The position numbers were made by a program, and so were the translations under genes. The notes beneath the pieces were generated by a model, which did no database searches, was not told the origin of the DNA, and was given only the letters and a program-made list of their open reading frames with translations. A stretch of 64,000 bases of DNA from the NCBI GenBank assembly GCA_039194325.1, contig JBCCWC010000004.1, positions 32,001-96,000 on the forward strand, written 5' to 3'. Below are positions 40,984 through 50,715 of the stretch, one piece after another. Source of the DNA: Myxococcota bacterium (GTDB lineage Bacteria > Myxococcota_A > Polyangia > Nannocystales > Nannocystaceae). How positions within the stretch are numbered: position 1 is the stretch's first letter; the number at the start of each line of letters is the position of its first letter.

Positions 40984-42189
40984 ATGATTCCACGTCTTCG
41001 GGTCGACCCGCTCGCGCCCCTTCGGTCATCAAGTCATCGCGTAGTGACCGGCCTGCTGGTCCACCTATTGCTGGCAGTTTCGGGGTGTAGTGAGCCTCCG
41101 CCCTCCCAGGAGCAGACCACTGAAGACTCGCCGACCGATGACTCCACCACGACGACCCCGAGCCCCGGGCCCGGATCGACCGGGATCGACCCGTCCACCG
41201 CTGAATCCACGGGCTCGAGCTCTACCAGCGAGGGATCCACCAACGAGGCGTCATCATCCTCCGCAGACTCTGGCGAGAGCTCGACGGGCGATGAGCCCTC
41301 ATCGGTACCTCAGGACAACACCCCCCCGGTCTTCATGACGTCGATCATCGGCCTCGACGGAGCTTATGACCCCGAGTCTGGTCAGCTGGGCGAGCTTTTA
41401 TGCACCACAGTCTCCGGCGGCCCCGAGCCCTACCCGGGATGCTTCCGGCCGTTTGCACACCCCGAGGCTCCCGCGGCGCCCGAGGACCTCGGCGCGATCA
41501 CCTTCATCGCCCAGGCCGATGCCGAGATCCACGCGGCCGCGGGAGGGTTCGTCGACCAGATCGAGTTCATCACCCACGATCACCTGACCCACTCGAACCT
41601 CTACCTGCTGCGCATCAGGCTCGGCGAAGACTCGGCGTTCTGGCATGAGTACATTCAGATCAAGGATCTGCTCGTCGAGGTGGGCGACCCCATCGAGGCC
41701 GGAGACGTCCTGGGGCGTCCGGGGGACTACCACGATCTCGAACATGCGAAGATCGGCTTCGGCGTCGTCCGCCACCAGGAGGTCTTTGCGAGGCTGTGTC
41801 CCACTCGCTTCGCCGACGACCCCGTGCTCGAGCAGATCGAGGCCGCCATGGCCGCGTCCAACGAGGCGTTCGGATCGGGGTGGGAGGCTCCCTGCCTCGA
41901 GCCCGCGCTGGCCTGCGTAAGCGAGCCGTGCGATCAGCCCGCCTCGTTCGTCCCGGTCGGAGGAGACATCGACCGCGGTCGTCGCCGCTACGAGAGCCAG
42001 TGCGCCATGTGCCACGGCGCCCAAGGCGAAGGAGACATCGCGGACCCGATCCTCGGATGTCGAAGCTGCGTGGATCAAACCACCCTCGCCGCCTTTATCG
42101 ACGCCCATATGCCGCCGACCGGTGCTAGCTGTAGTGGTCAGTGCGCCGAGGACGTTGCCGCGTTCATCCTGTGGGAGTTCCGCGGCTGA
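40984..42189 (+). CDS. lipoprotein with a degenerate M23-like domain and a C-terminal cytochrome c
   Basis: Lipobox VSGC; AAAGGFV...VEVGDPIEAGDVLG; GRRRYESQCAMCHGAQGEG...MP. The start is inferred. Confidence 0.7.
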   Translation: MIPRLRVDPLAPLRSSSHRVVTGLLVHLLLAVSGCSEPPPSQEQTTEDSPTDDSTTTTPSPGPGSTGIDPSTAESTGSSSTSEGSTNEASSSSADSGESSTGDEPSSVPQDNTPPVFMTSIIGLDGAYDPESGQLGELLCTTVSGGPEPYPGCFRPFAHPEAPAAPEDLGAITFIAQADAEIHAAAGGFVDQIEFITHDHLTHSNLYLLRIRLGEDSAFWHEYIQIKDLLVEVGDPIEAGDVLGRPGDYHDLEHAKIGFGVVRHQEVFARLCPTRFADDPVLEQIEAAMAASNEAFGSGWEAPCLEPALACVSEPCDQPASFVPVGGDIDRGRRRYESQCAMCHGAQGEGDIADPILGCRSCVDQTTLAAFIDAHMPPTGASCSGQCAEDVAAFILWEFRG

Positions 42190-42339
42190 CCGGGCTCCGT
42201 GGGGATGACAGGCCCCAGCCGGTGGCACCAACCACCTCGAATCGATGAAAAAAGCTCATCGTCCGGTGGGCCCCGACGCCACATGGCAGGGCAGCCTCCC
42301 GACCATGCCTTGCTGCGGGGTCTGCTGGTCTACGAGCGA

Positions 42340-43005
42340 CTACTGTGCCCTGTACTCGAGAACAACACCCACGCGAAACCCGAGGTAGTCGCCCCGACAA
42401 GCGGCGCGGGCCTCGTGGCGCACGCCGGCGCGAAGGTTCTCGGGCGGGCGCGCCCACGAGGCCCCACGCCACGGACGCATCGCTTGGTCATCGGAGTCTC
42501 GCGATAGCTCATCGTTGCACCACTCCCATACGTTGCCGGCGAGATCGAGATGACCATGAGGACCCCGCCCTCGCGGGTAGCGACCCACGGAACAAGGGGC
42601 GCCCAGGTGACGGCTAAAGTTGGCGTGGTCGGGGGTCGGCACGGGCTGCCGACCCCACGGGTAGGCGTCGGCGACCCCTCCGGCGGCCAAGAACCACTCC
42701 GCTTCGAATGGGAGCCTGATCTGCCGACCCGTACTCTCGGAGCACCATCGCCCGTAAGCCTCGGCCTCCCACCACGAGACTCGCACGACCGGTCGCTGTG
42801 GGTGCGTACGCTGGGCTTCCCATCGACCCGGCGCAACGACGCTTCGCGCACGTCGCCAGCGCCAGCCCTCCTCGGACCACAGCGACTCCGCATCATATCC
42901 ACCCGCTTCGACGAAGGGTCGATACTCCGCGACCGTGACCGGGCATCGGCCTAGGCCGATCGTCGTGCTCGGCACGGGCAAGAACTCCTCGAGCCTCGTC
43001 GTCAT
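42340..43005 (-). CDS. SUMF1/EgtB/PvdO (FGE-sulfatase) domain protein
   Basis: PVTVAEY, PVVRVSWWEAEAY, RLPFEAEW, DLAGNVWEW, RGASW and LGFRV. Confidence 0.85.
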   Translation of the reverse strand: MTTRLEEFLPVPSTTIGLGRCPVTVAEYRPFVEAGGYDAESLWSEEGWRWRRARSVVAPGRWEAQRTHPQRPVVRVSWWEAEAYGRWCSESTGRQIRLPFEAEWFLAAGGVADAYPWGRQPVPTPDHANFSRHLGAPCSVGRYPRGRGPHGHLDLAGNVWEWCNDELSRDSDDQAMRPWRGASWARPPENLRAGVRHEARAACRGDYLGFRVGVVLEYRAQ

Positions 43006-44648
43006 AGCGTGGTTCCCGTCTGCTCGACGATCCGGCCCGCGTCCAGTCGCACGACCCGGTCGGCGAGATGAAAGAACCGGTCATCATGTGTGACCACCAC
43101 GAGCGTACGCCCCTCGTCACGCAGGCGCGGGAGCATCTGTTCGTAGAAGGCCGCCCGAGCGTGCGGATCCTGGGACGCAGCCCACTCGTCGAGGATCATG
43201 ACGGGGCGCCCTTCGAGGCGCGCCACGATCATCGCCAGGCGCTTCTTTTGTCCCGCGGACAGATCGATCGTCGAGAAGGCCCCGTCGGTCACGGTGAGGT
43301 GCTCGCGGAGACCGTATTCTTGCAGCAATCGGTCCAGCTCTTGCGGCGACGCATCCTCGAGCCCGTAGAGTCGGTCGAAGAGGCGCTGGTCCGCGAACAC
43401 GACCGTGAACAGCGCGCGGTACCAGGCCGCCGAGGACCGCTCGACGCGCTGGCCATCGACATAGAGGCCGCCCGCCTGCGGCCAGTACAGCCCCGAGAGC
43501 AGCTTCATCACCGTGCTCTTGCCGCTACCGTTGTTGCCGATCACAAACAGCAACTCTCCTCGCCGCAGCGACAGATCCAGGGGGCCGAGCGAAAAACGAG
43601 ATGGATCGCCATAGTCGTACTCGACACCGCGAAGGGAGATCGTCGAGAAATCGAGGGGACGTAGTGGATCTCGCGAATGTGCGGGGTCGAGGCCAAGGTG
43701 GGCGTCGAGATCGGGATCAAGTTCGGGCGCGGGGTCGAGCCCACCGAGCAGCTCGTCGAGCTTGGCGAGGATCCCCTCGAGCTCTTCGAACTTCAGTCGC
43801 GCGATCGTCAGCGCCGAGACACGATCGATGTTGTTGATCAAGATCGAGGCGAACAGAATGACCGTGACCGCCTCGAGCCCCGCTCCGGGGCCCCGCCCGA
43901 GCAAGAACCAGATCGCGGCGAGTAACGCCGTATGCGTGGCGACCCTGGCCCTGCGCTCGATGCCTTGCACCTGCACCTGGCCCCGGCCCCAGTCCCGGAA
44001 GCGCTCTTGGAGCTCGGCGACCATTCGCTGCCCGGCACGCTCGTCGAGCCGAAACAAGACGAACCCCTCCAGCAGCCGCTCGATGGACGAACGCGAGCGC
44101 GCGCGCTCGTCGTGCACACCAATAGCGGTCTGGCGGTAGTGCGTTCGGTTCTGATAGGTGTGCCTGGCGAGAAACGCCAAGATTCCCGTGATCGCGATGA
44201 ACATGAGCGGTGAGGCCACTGCCAGGTATGCCGCTACGGTCACGAGCTTGAGCACGGCGTTGAAAGTCTGGATGACGGACCCCCGGATCGCGACGAGCTT
44301 CTCCAGACTTCGGGTATACTGGGTGACCAGGTGGGGGCACTGCTCGATGCTTCGTAGCTCAGTTGACCGAATTCGCGTGATCAGCCGATCCTGATACTCG
44401 AGCAGTACGTCCTCGAAAATCGTCGTGAGCCTCACCGAGCAATAACGAAACAGCAGCGTGAGCACGCCCAGGGCGAGGATGAGCGCTCCGATCAACGCGC
44501 GGTAGCCATCCGAGTCCGTGTCGAGGAAGGCCGACTCGTGAACCAGCGGCAAGACCAGGCCCATCGCGGCACCCACCGTGGCGAGCAGCGCCAGCTGGAG
44601 CACGAGCTGTCTGCGGTGGGCCGGCGAAAGGAGCGCCACGAGCCTCAC
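43002..44648 (-). CDS. PvdE/SyrD/YojI-type ABC exporter (permease + ATPase)
   Basis: TM region; GNNGSGKST, LSAGQKKRLA, LDEWAASQDP and THD. Confidence 0.88.
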   Translation of the reverse strand: MRLVALLSPAHRRQLVLQLALLATVGAAMGLVLPLVHESAFLDTDSDGYRALIGALILALGVLTLLFRYCSVRLTTIFEDVLLEYQDRLITRIRSTELRSIEQCPHLVTQYTRSLEKLVAIRGSVIQTFNAVLKLVTVAAYLAVASPLMFIAITGILAFLARHTYQNRTHYRQTAIGVHDERARSRSSIERLLEGFVLFRLDERAGQRMVAELQERFRDWGRGQVQVQGIERRARVATHTALLAAIWFLLGRGPGAGLEAVTVILFASILINNIDRVSALTIARLKFEELEGILAKLDELLGGLDPAPELDPDLDAHLGLDPAHSRDPLRPLDFSTISLRGVEYDYGDPSRFSLGPLDLSLRRGELLFVIGNNGSGKSTVMKLLSGLYWPQAGGLYVDGQRVERSSAAWYRALFTVVFADQRLFDRLYGLEDASPQELDRLLQEYGLREHLTVTDGAFSTIDLSAGQKKRLAMIVARLEGRPVMILDEWAASQDPHARAAFYEQMLPRLRDEGRTLVVVTHDDRFFHLADRVVRLDAGRIVEQTGTTL

Positions 44649-46225
44649 GGAATGATCTCCCCCTCGCGTAGAGCAATGATCCGATCAGCGCGGTCGAAGT
44701 AGTGATCGTCGTGGCTGACCGCGATCACCAGGCGGCCTTGCTGCCTCAGCTCGGGGAGGATCTGCTCGTAGAAGATGCGGACGAAGCGCGGATCTTGATC
44801 CGCCGCCCACTCGTCGAAGATGAAGACCGGGCGATCGCGCATCAGCGCGGCGACCATGGCCAGTCGCTTTCGCTGGCCGGTCGACAGCTCCACCGTGGAG
44901 AAGCGACCGGACGCAAACGAGATGCTCCCGGCCAGCTCCAAGCGCTCGAGCAGCGCGTTCACCTTCGTCGGGTCGGCGTCCTCGGCCCCGTATAGCTGGT
45001 TGAAGATCGGGGCCGAGACCGGCACGTAGCAAAACTGATCCCGGTAGCTCCTCGCCGTGGTTTCGGTGCGCTCGCCGTTGACATACACCGCACCACTACG
45101 CGGTAGGTAGAGGCCCGCGAGCAAGTGGATGAGCGTAGACTTCCCGCTACCGTTATCGCCGGTCATGAACACGAGCTCACCCGCTCGCAACGTCAGATCG
45201 ATCGGTCCGACGACGAATCGATCTAGCCCCTCGGCCTCGTGAGCATACGACAGCCCGCGCAGCTCCAGCGAGGCGAAGGGCGACGGCGTCTGGTCATTGC
45301 CCTGATTCGCTGCGCGGGCACGGGCGCCGATCTCGGCGTCGAGCTGCTCGAGGCGATCGAGCGCCACCCCGGCGTTGAGCATCTCCGGGATGGAACTGGC
45401 AGTCGTCGTGATCGCATAGGTCGCGTATGTCAAGATCAGGATCGTGCTCGCGACCACACTGGTCGATGCGGGGTAGAGCAGACGGAGGCCGAAGCCGACG
45501 AACCCGATGATCCCGTAGACCACGAACCGCTGGAGCAAGATCGACTTGCTCAGGGTCTTGCGGATCGCGATGCGCTCCTGGCCCATCTGTGCGGCGCACT
45601 GGTGCAGCTCGCGGGCGATCGCGTCCCCGCGGGGGGGATGGCCGACGATCTGCTTGAACGCGGTGACGAGCAGGCTGACCCGCCCGTAGAGGATCGACTT
45701 GAGCGACGCGATCCGAGCGGCGGCAGCGCGAGCCGCCGACTTGCGCGCTGCGATCAGGATGGCCAGCACTACGATCGTCGGTAGCACGATCACGGACAGG
45801 AGCACTGACGTAGCCAGAGCGTACATGGTCACGATGATCGCCATCGCGATGCTGCGCGTCATGAGGGTGAACGAGATCGCGAACGACTGCACCAGCTCGG
45901 CGTCGGATGTCAGGCGCACGACGATCTCCTGGGGACCGAGTTGCTCGATGCTATGCAGATCCAGTCGCCGGATCCGATCGACGACTCGCTCCCGGAGCTG
46001 CTCGACACGGGCACAGAACGCGTCGGTGCCTCGCGCGAGGAGCTTGTCGAGGTGGAGCCGCGACAGGAGCATGCCGATCACGAACTGCACGAGCCGGCCC
46101 GCAAGGTTCAGGTCTTCGGCCGTGATGCTGTGGAGGAGCAGCAGATCCGCGGCGGCGAGAATCGCGGCGTCCCATGCGTAAGGCAAGAGCGAGGGTCGCT
46201 CGGGAGAGCGCATCAGCTGTGCCAT
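44645..46225 (-). CDS. PvdE/SyrD/YojI-type ABC exporter (permease + ATPase)
   Basis: TM region; GDNGSGKST, LSTGQRKRLA, FDEWAADQDP and SHD. The start is uncertain (the ORF is open to 46462). Confidence 0.88.
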   Translation of the reverse strand: MAQLMRSPERPSLLPYAWDAAILAAADLLLLHSITAEDLNLAGRLVQFVIGMLLSRLHLDKLLARGTDAFCARVEQLRERVVDRIRRLDLHSIEQLGPQEIVVRLTSDAELVQSFAISFTLMTRSIAMAIIVTMYALATSVLLSVIVLPTIVVLAILIAARKSAARAAAARIASLKSILYGRVSLLVTAFKQIVGHPPRGDAIARELHQCAAQMGQERIAIRKTLSKSILLQRFVVYGIIGFVGFGLRLLYPASTSVVASTILILTYATYAITTTASSIPEMLNAGVALDRLEQLDAEIGARARAANQGNDQTPSPFASLELRGLSYAHEAEGLDRFVVGPIDLTLRAGELVFMTGDNGSGKSTLIHLLAGLYLPRSGAVYVNGERTETTARSYRDQFCYVPVSAPIFNQLYGAEDADPTKVNALLERLELAGSISFASGRFSTVELSTGQRKRLAMVAALMRDRPVFIFDEWAADQDPRFVRIFYEQILPELRQQGRLVIAVSHDDHYFDRADRIIALREGEIIP

Positions 46226-46589
46226 TCGCCGGTAGTTGCGGTACAGCTCGACCGCAGAGGGCAATGCGGGGTCGTCGGTACTCACGAAGCGCAGGTGTCC
46301 CACTGAGGAAACATCGATGGTCGTTTCGCGGACAAGGATCTGCTGGACCTGCCTGGAAGCGCCAAACCTATCACGGGTGACCGATGATTGCGGCTCATGC
46401 CCGATCTCTGCTATACAGCTGATGAGGCTAAGCTGCACCGACACTCCGAGGCGGCTCGGCACCGGTGCTGCGATGGGCTCGGTCAGACCATGGTAGCCGC
46501 TCGTCGAGCACTCGCAGGATGCTAGCGGCTCCGTATGGTCGAGGAGTGGACCTGTGCTAGATTGTCATCGCTGCTCCGTGTGAACATCA

Positions 46590-48062
46590 ATGATCACCAA
46601 CACATCCGCCCATGGGCTCGTCACCGTCACGATGTCCGCATTCAACAATGAGGACACCATAGCGGCGGCGATCGAATCGTTGCTTGCGCAGAGCTATACG
46701 CGCTGGGAGCTCATCGCCATCGACGACGCAAGCGAGGACAAAACCTTCGACATCATGCGGCGCTACAGCGCCAACGACGAGAGGATCTGCATCCGTCGCA
46801 ATGCGGTCAACCGGGGGACCTACTGGAACCGGAACAAGGCAATCGTGCTCGGCAACGGCGAGTTCATCACCAATCTCGACGCTGACGACGCCTTCGCCCC
46901 CGACAAGCTAGCCAAGCAAATCGCCGCGCTCGGGGCGGCCAGCGCGTGCCTGTGCTTCTACGAGCGACCCGGGCGTCATGCGTTCCATGTCGGTTCCAAT
47001 ACGATGCTCTTTCGGCGCAAGGTCATCGATACGATCGGCTACTTCGACAGCGTACGGTACGACGCGGACACAGAATACATGCTTCGGCTCGGCGCGTGCT
47101 TCCCGATCATCCAGATCCCGGACATCCTATACCGGTACTCCGCACGCCCCGATTCTCTGACGGAGGCCCCCGAGACCGGGGTCGACAGCCCCGTGGGCCA
47201 AGCACGACGGCGCAAGTACGCCGCCCACTACCGCCGTTGGCACCGCAGCGAGACGTTTCCATTCGTCAATTTCCCGCCGGTGCGACGCCCGTTCGCGCTC
47301 GGCCATGAGAGCCAGCGCTGCCCTCCCGAGCCCGTCGTCGTCAGTATCGCGACCTTCCCCGAGCGCCGGGAATCCCTCGCGCAAACGCTGGAGTCCATCT
47401 ACCCCTGGGTCGACCGTATCAACCTCTGCCTCAACGAATACGAGTCCACTCCTTCCTCTCTAGTGGATGACAAGATCCACGTCCACATCGGCGGGCCGGA
47501 TCGCGGCGACGCCGGTAAGTTCCTGTGGTCCAATGCCATCGAGGGCTATCACTTCACGTGTGATGACGATATCATCTACTCACGTCAGTACTTCGAGGTC
47601 CTGCTCACCTCGATCGAGCGCTACGAACGGGAGGCAATCGTTGGCCTACACGGCAGCATGCTGCGCCGCGTCGACGCTCCCGACTTCTACTCTCCCCAAG
47701 ACCGAGAGACGATTACGTTCCGCCAACGCCTCGTAGCGGATCGTAGGGTCGACTTCTTGGGGACGGGGCTAATGGCCTATCACACGCAGCATATTCATAT
47801 CTCGCCCGATGCATTCCCCACGATGAACATGGCGGACGTCTTCCTCGGGATCTTCGCATCCGATCACGACATCCCGCTGATCCAATGCGCGTCGCGCGAG
47901 CCTGTGGTTCGCGACAACTCATGTGCGCAGCGCAACTCGATCTACCGGCACTGCCTCGAGAACAAGCCGACCAAGATGAACCAGCGCGCCACAGTCAACC
48001 GCTTCCTCGCCGAGGCGCAATGGGGCGATCGCACTCAGACGCCTTCACTGCGCATCCCCTGA
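46590..48062 (+). CDS. bifunctional heparosan-synthase-like glycosyltransferase (KfiC-like GT2 + KfiA-like GT45; PmHS1/2 type)
   Basis: N-half: DDASED, NRGTYWNRN, LDADD, IGYFD...ADTEY, RPDSL. C-half: SIATFPER, GDAGKF, YHFTCDDDIIY, VGLHG, FLGTG, MADVFL. These are collinear with PmHS1 motifs as recalled (GTYFAKN, DNGKF, TCDDDIRY, IGLHG, ILGTG, MVDIYF). Confidence 0.8.
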   Translation: MITNTSAHGLVTVTMSAFNNEDTIAAAIESLLAQSYTRWELIAIDDASEDKTFDIMRRYSANDERICIRRNAVNRGTYWNRNKAIVLGNGEFITNLDADDAFAPDKLAKQIAALGAASACLCFYERPGRHAFHVGSNTMLFRRKVIDTIGYFDSVRYDADTEYMLRLGACFPIIQIPDILYRYSARPDSLTEAPETGVDSPVGQARRRKYAAHYRRWHRSETFPFVNFPPVRRPFALGHESQRCPPEPVVVSIATFPERRESLAQTLESIYPWVDRINLCLNEYESTPSSLVDDKIHVHIGGPDRGDAGKFLWSNAIEGYHFTCDDDIIYSRQYFEVLLTSIERYEREAIVGLHGSMLRRVDAPDFYSPQDRETITFRQRLVADRRVDFLGTGLMAYHTQHIHISPDAFPTMNMADVFLGIFASDHDIPLIQCASREPVVRDNSCAQRNSIYRHCLENKPTKMNQRATVNRFLAEAQWGDRTQTPSLRIP

Positions 48063-48074
48063 GGCCCACTTTCC

Positions 48075-48686
48075 ATGGAGTTCATGCCACGCTCGGCTCG
48101 CTCCGCCTGCGCTGCCCCCGACAAGCTCATGGTCGTCGCGCACCCCGACGACGAAGCGCTGTTCGGCGGACAAGAGCTGCTGCGAACGCCCGGGTGGTTG
48201 GTCTTGTGCATGACCCATGGCGACAACCCGCAGCGACGCCAGCACTTCGCACAGGCCCTCGAGCTGGCCGCGGCCCATGGTGTGCAATGGGCATATCCAG
48301 ATCGACCCGGGCGCTCTAGACAGCCCGAGGCCGCCCGAGCAGACTGGACACCATACCTTCCACAGATGCGCACGAGGTTGCTCGCGCTCTATCGTCGGCA
48401 CACCTTCTCGAAAGTCGTGACCCACGGCCAGGCAGGCGAGTACGGTCACGAGCATCACCGCATGGTGCACCAACTTGTGACGCGCACATTGCCAACCTCC
48501 GAGATCCGTTGCTTCTGCGTCGGCGAGCCGATCGAGCCGTCGCTCCTCGAACGGAAGCTCGTGCTCCTGGCCGTCTACAAGGAGCAGATCACACACCGCG
48601 AACGGGAAAAGTACGCGCAGTGGGTCTACTGTGCGGCGACCCGCGCGTACACGCTCCAGACGGGGACAGACGATGAGCCCTCCTGA
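48075..48686 (+). CDS. PIG-L/LmbE-family GlcNAc N-deacetylase
   Basis: VAHPDDEALFGG and VTH...GEYGHEHH metal-binding motifs. Confidence 0.85.
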   Translation: MEFMPRSARSACAAPDKLMVVAHPDDEALFGGQELLRTPGWLVLCMTHGDNPQRRQHFAQALELAAAHGVQWAYPDRPGRSRQPEAARADWTPYLPQMRTRLLALYRRHTFSKVVTHGQAGEYGHEHHRMVHQLVTRTLPTSEIRCFCVGEPIEPSLLERKLVLLAVYKEQITHREREKYAQWVYCAATRAYTLQTGTDDEPS

Positions 48687-50715
48687 GAAGTCGGCCCATA
48701 GGCTCGAAGTTCCGCCCGAGTTCGTCGCGTCGCGGATGGCCGAGCAACTGCCTCATACCCACCCGCGGCTGCTGTACACGCGCCCGCGGCTCGAGCAGAT
48801 CCGAGACACGCTGCAAACGACCCGCCGGCAGGGCTGGGGCCGGCTGCTCCGCGACGCAGAGCGGGCTCGGGAGCGCAGCGTCGTTCCCGTATATCCGAGC
48901 TATCGGTCCATCGAGGATCGCAAAGCGCGACAGATCGCCTACAAGCGCTACTATATGGAATTGCGCCAAGATGTGGACGCCGGGTTGCAACCTCTCGCGC
49001 TCGCGTACCTGGTCACCCAGAGTCGGCGGTACCTCGAGCCGGCCAAGGCCATCGCGCTCGAACTCGCCCAATGGCCGACGAATAAAGAAGACATCACCTC
49101 CGTGTTCCCACGCTGGGGCTGGGATGAGGTCGGCTTGAGCATCGCCCGTTGCCTGCACCGCGCATACGACTGGCTCTACGACGGGCTCTCGGACGACGAA
49201 CGAGCTCGCCTGTCACGCGCCTGCATCGCGCGCGCTACGCAGGTATACCTTCGACTGCAACAGGTTGACTTCCTTGCGAACCCCCAATGCAGCCACTGCA
49301 ATCGCCTCATCACCTACCTCGGCGAGATGGGGCTCGTCCTCGGGCAAGAGACACGCGAGGCTACCGAGTGGTTCGTGTATTCTGTACGCGCGATGACGAC
49401 CGTATACCCGTATTGGGCTACGGACGACGGTGGTTGGTCGGAGGGACTGTGGTACGCGCACGACTATCTAGAGCTCGCTGCACCGCTCTTGGTCGCGCTC
49501 TCGGGTGAGCGTTGCGTGGATCTGTGGCGTCGCCCCGTTTTCAAGAACCTACCCGACTTCATCTTCTACTGCGTAGCCCTGCACGGTGAGATGTTGCCCT
49601 TTGGCGACGGCGCAGAGCTGGATCGGTCCTGCTCGGCCAGCACCCACTTCGGGCGGCTCATGACGCTGTGGAGCCACATCTACGAGGACCCGAAGCTCAC
49701 GTGGTGGACCTCGATGGCGAACGCGCGCGACGAGTCGAGCTGGGAGCTAGAGCTCTACTTCGAGGATCTCCCGCCTCGTGACCCCCTCCCTTCGCTCCCG
49801 GACGCGATCCCCGGTGCCCGCCGGTTCTCGGGGGTCGGCTGGGCCGCGATCCACGGCAACTTATGCGATCCTCGGCGCGACACCGTGTTGCTGTTCAAGA
49901 GCAGCCCATTCGGCAGTGTCTCGCACAGCCACGCCGATCAGAACACCTTCGCGATCTCGAAGGGCGGGCGCGCCCTCGCGATCCCCTCCGGATACTACGG
50001 GCCCGCATACGGCCTGCCGCATCACTCCGAGTGGACCCAGAGCACGAAAGCCAACAACTGCATCCTTGTCGACGGTCGAGGGCAATCACGCCAAGATCCC
50101 GCCGCGGTCGGCCAGATCATCGCATTTCACGATTCTTCTACGATGACCTACGTTGCCGGCGACGCAACGTCCGCCTACGCGGGAGCGCTGCTTCGTTGCC
50201 ATCGCCACATCCTCATGATCCGACCGGGTGTGATCCTCATGCTCGACGAGCTCGAAGCGCCACGGCCCGCGCACTTTACCTGGCTCCTGCACAGCCTCGG
50301 CGAGATGCGCCTTCGCGAGGATGGCGCTGTCGTGCAGCGTGGCGACGCACGGCTGGACGTAACTTTGCTGTGCACCGAGGGGCTGGAGCTGCATCAAGAC
50401 GACCGCTTCGATCCTCCGTACGACGCAGGACTACCGCCAGGATTGGTCCCCAACAAGCCCGCACAGTGGCATCTGTCTGCTACGACGCTTGCTCCTGCCC
50501 GGCGCGTTCGGATCGCGGCGGTGATGAGCGTGAGCGACGAGTACGAGCGTCTCCCGCTCCAGCTTGGGCGCGCAGATGCGTGGGCCACCGTGCATACTCA
50601 CCACGGAGCGCGTTCGATCTTGGGCGGAGTCCGCTGGCATCCCACCCAAGAGGGCGACGCTTCTCTACTCTTCGGCGAGGTCGAGGGGCGCAGATCATGG
50701 TTCCCGAGCCCGTAG
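48673..50715 (+). CDS. DUF4962 + heparinase II/III-family protein (uronate lyase or C5-epimerase)
   Basis: HPRLL, YDWLY, SH, DGGWSEGLWY, PFGDG, FKSSPFGSVSHSHADQNTF, HH..WT.ST.A.N.ILVDGRGQ and GDAT.AY. No signal peptide seen. Confidence 0.85.
   Translation: MSPPEKSAHRLEVPPEFVASRMAEQLPHTHPRLLYTRPRLEQIRDTLQTTRRQGWGRLLRDAERARERSVVPVYPSYRSIEDRKARQIAYKRYYMELRQDVDAGLQPLALAYLVTQSRRYLEPAKAIALELAQWPTNKEDITSVFPRWGWDEVGLSIARCLHRAYDWLYDGLSDDERARLSRACIARATQVYLRLQQVDFLANPQCSHCNRLITYLGEMGLVLGQETREATEWFVYSVRAMTTVYPYWATDDGGWSEGLWYAHDYLELAAPLLVALSGERCVDLWRRPVFKNLPDFIFYCVALHGEMLPFGDGAELDRSCSASTHFGRLMTLWSHIYEDPKLTWWTSMANARDESSWELELYFEDLPPRDPLPSLPDAIPGARRFSGVGWAAIHGNLCDPRRDTVLLFKSSPFGSVSHSHADQNTFAISKGGRALAIPSGYYGPAYGLPHHSEWTQSTKANNCILVDGRGQSRQDPAAVGQIIAFHDSSTMTYVAGDATSAYAGALLRCHRHILMIRPGVILMLDELEAPRPAHFTWLLHSLGEMRLREDGAVVQRGDARLDVTLLCTEGLELHQDDRFDPPYDAGLPPGLVPNKPAQWHLSATTLAPARRVRIAAVMSVSDEYERLPLQLGRADAWATVHTHHGARSILGGVRWHPTQEGDASLLFGEVEGRRSWFPSP

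Noticed and set aside
42340..43005. True formylglycine-generating enzyme activating sulfatases
   Set aside because: It lacks the catalytic SxxCxxxxC motif after RGxS (it has RGASWARPPE), and there is no sulfatase in the window.
49863..50696. N-terminal extension of sulfotransferase 1 (591-aa ORF)
   Set aside because: Arg-rich off-frame shadow of the heparinase-fold gene; paralog alignment puts the start at 50697.
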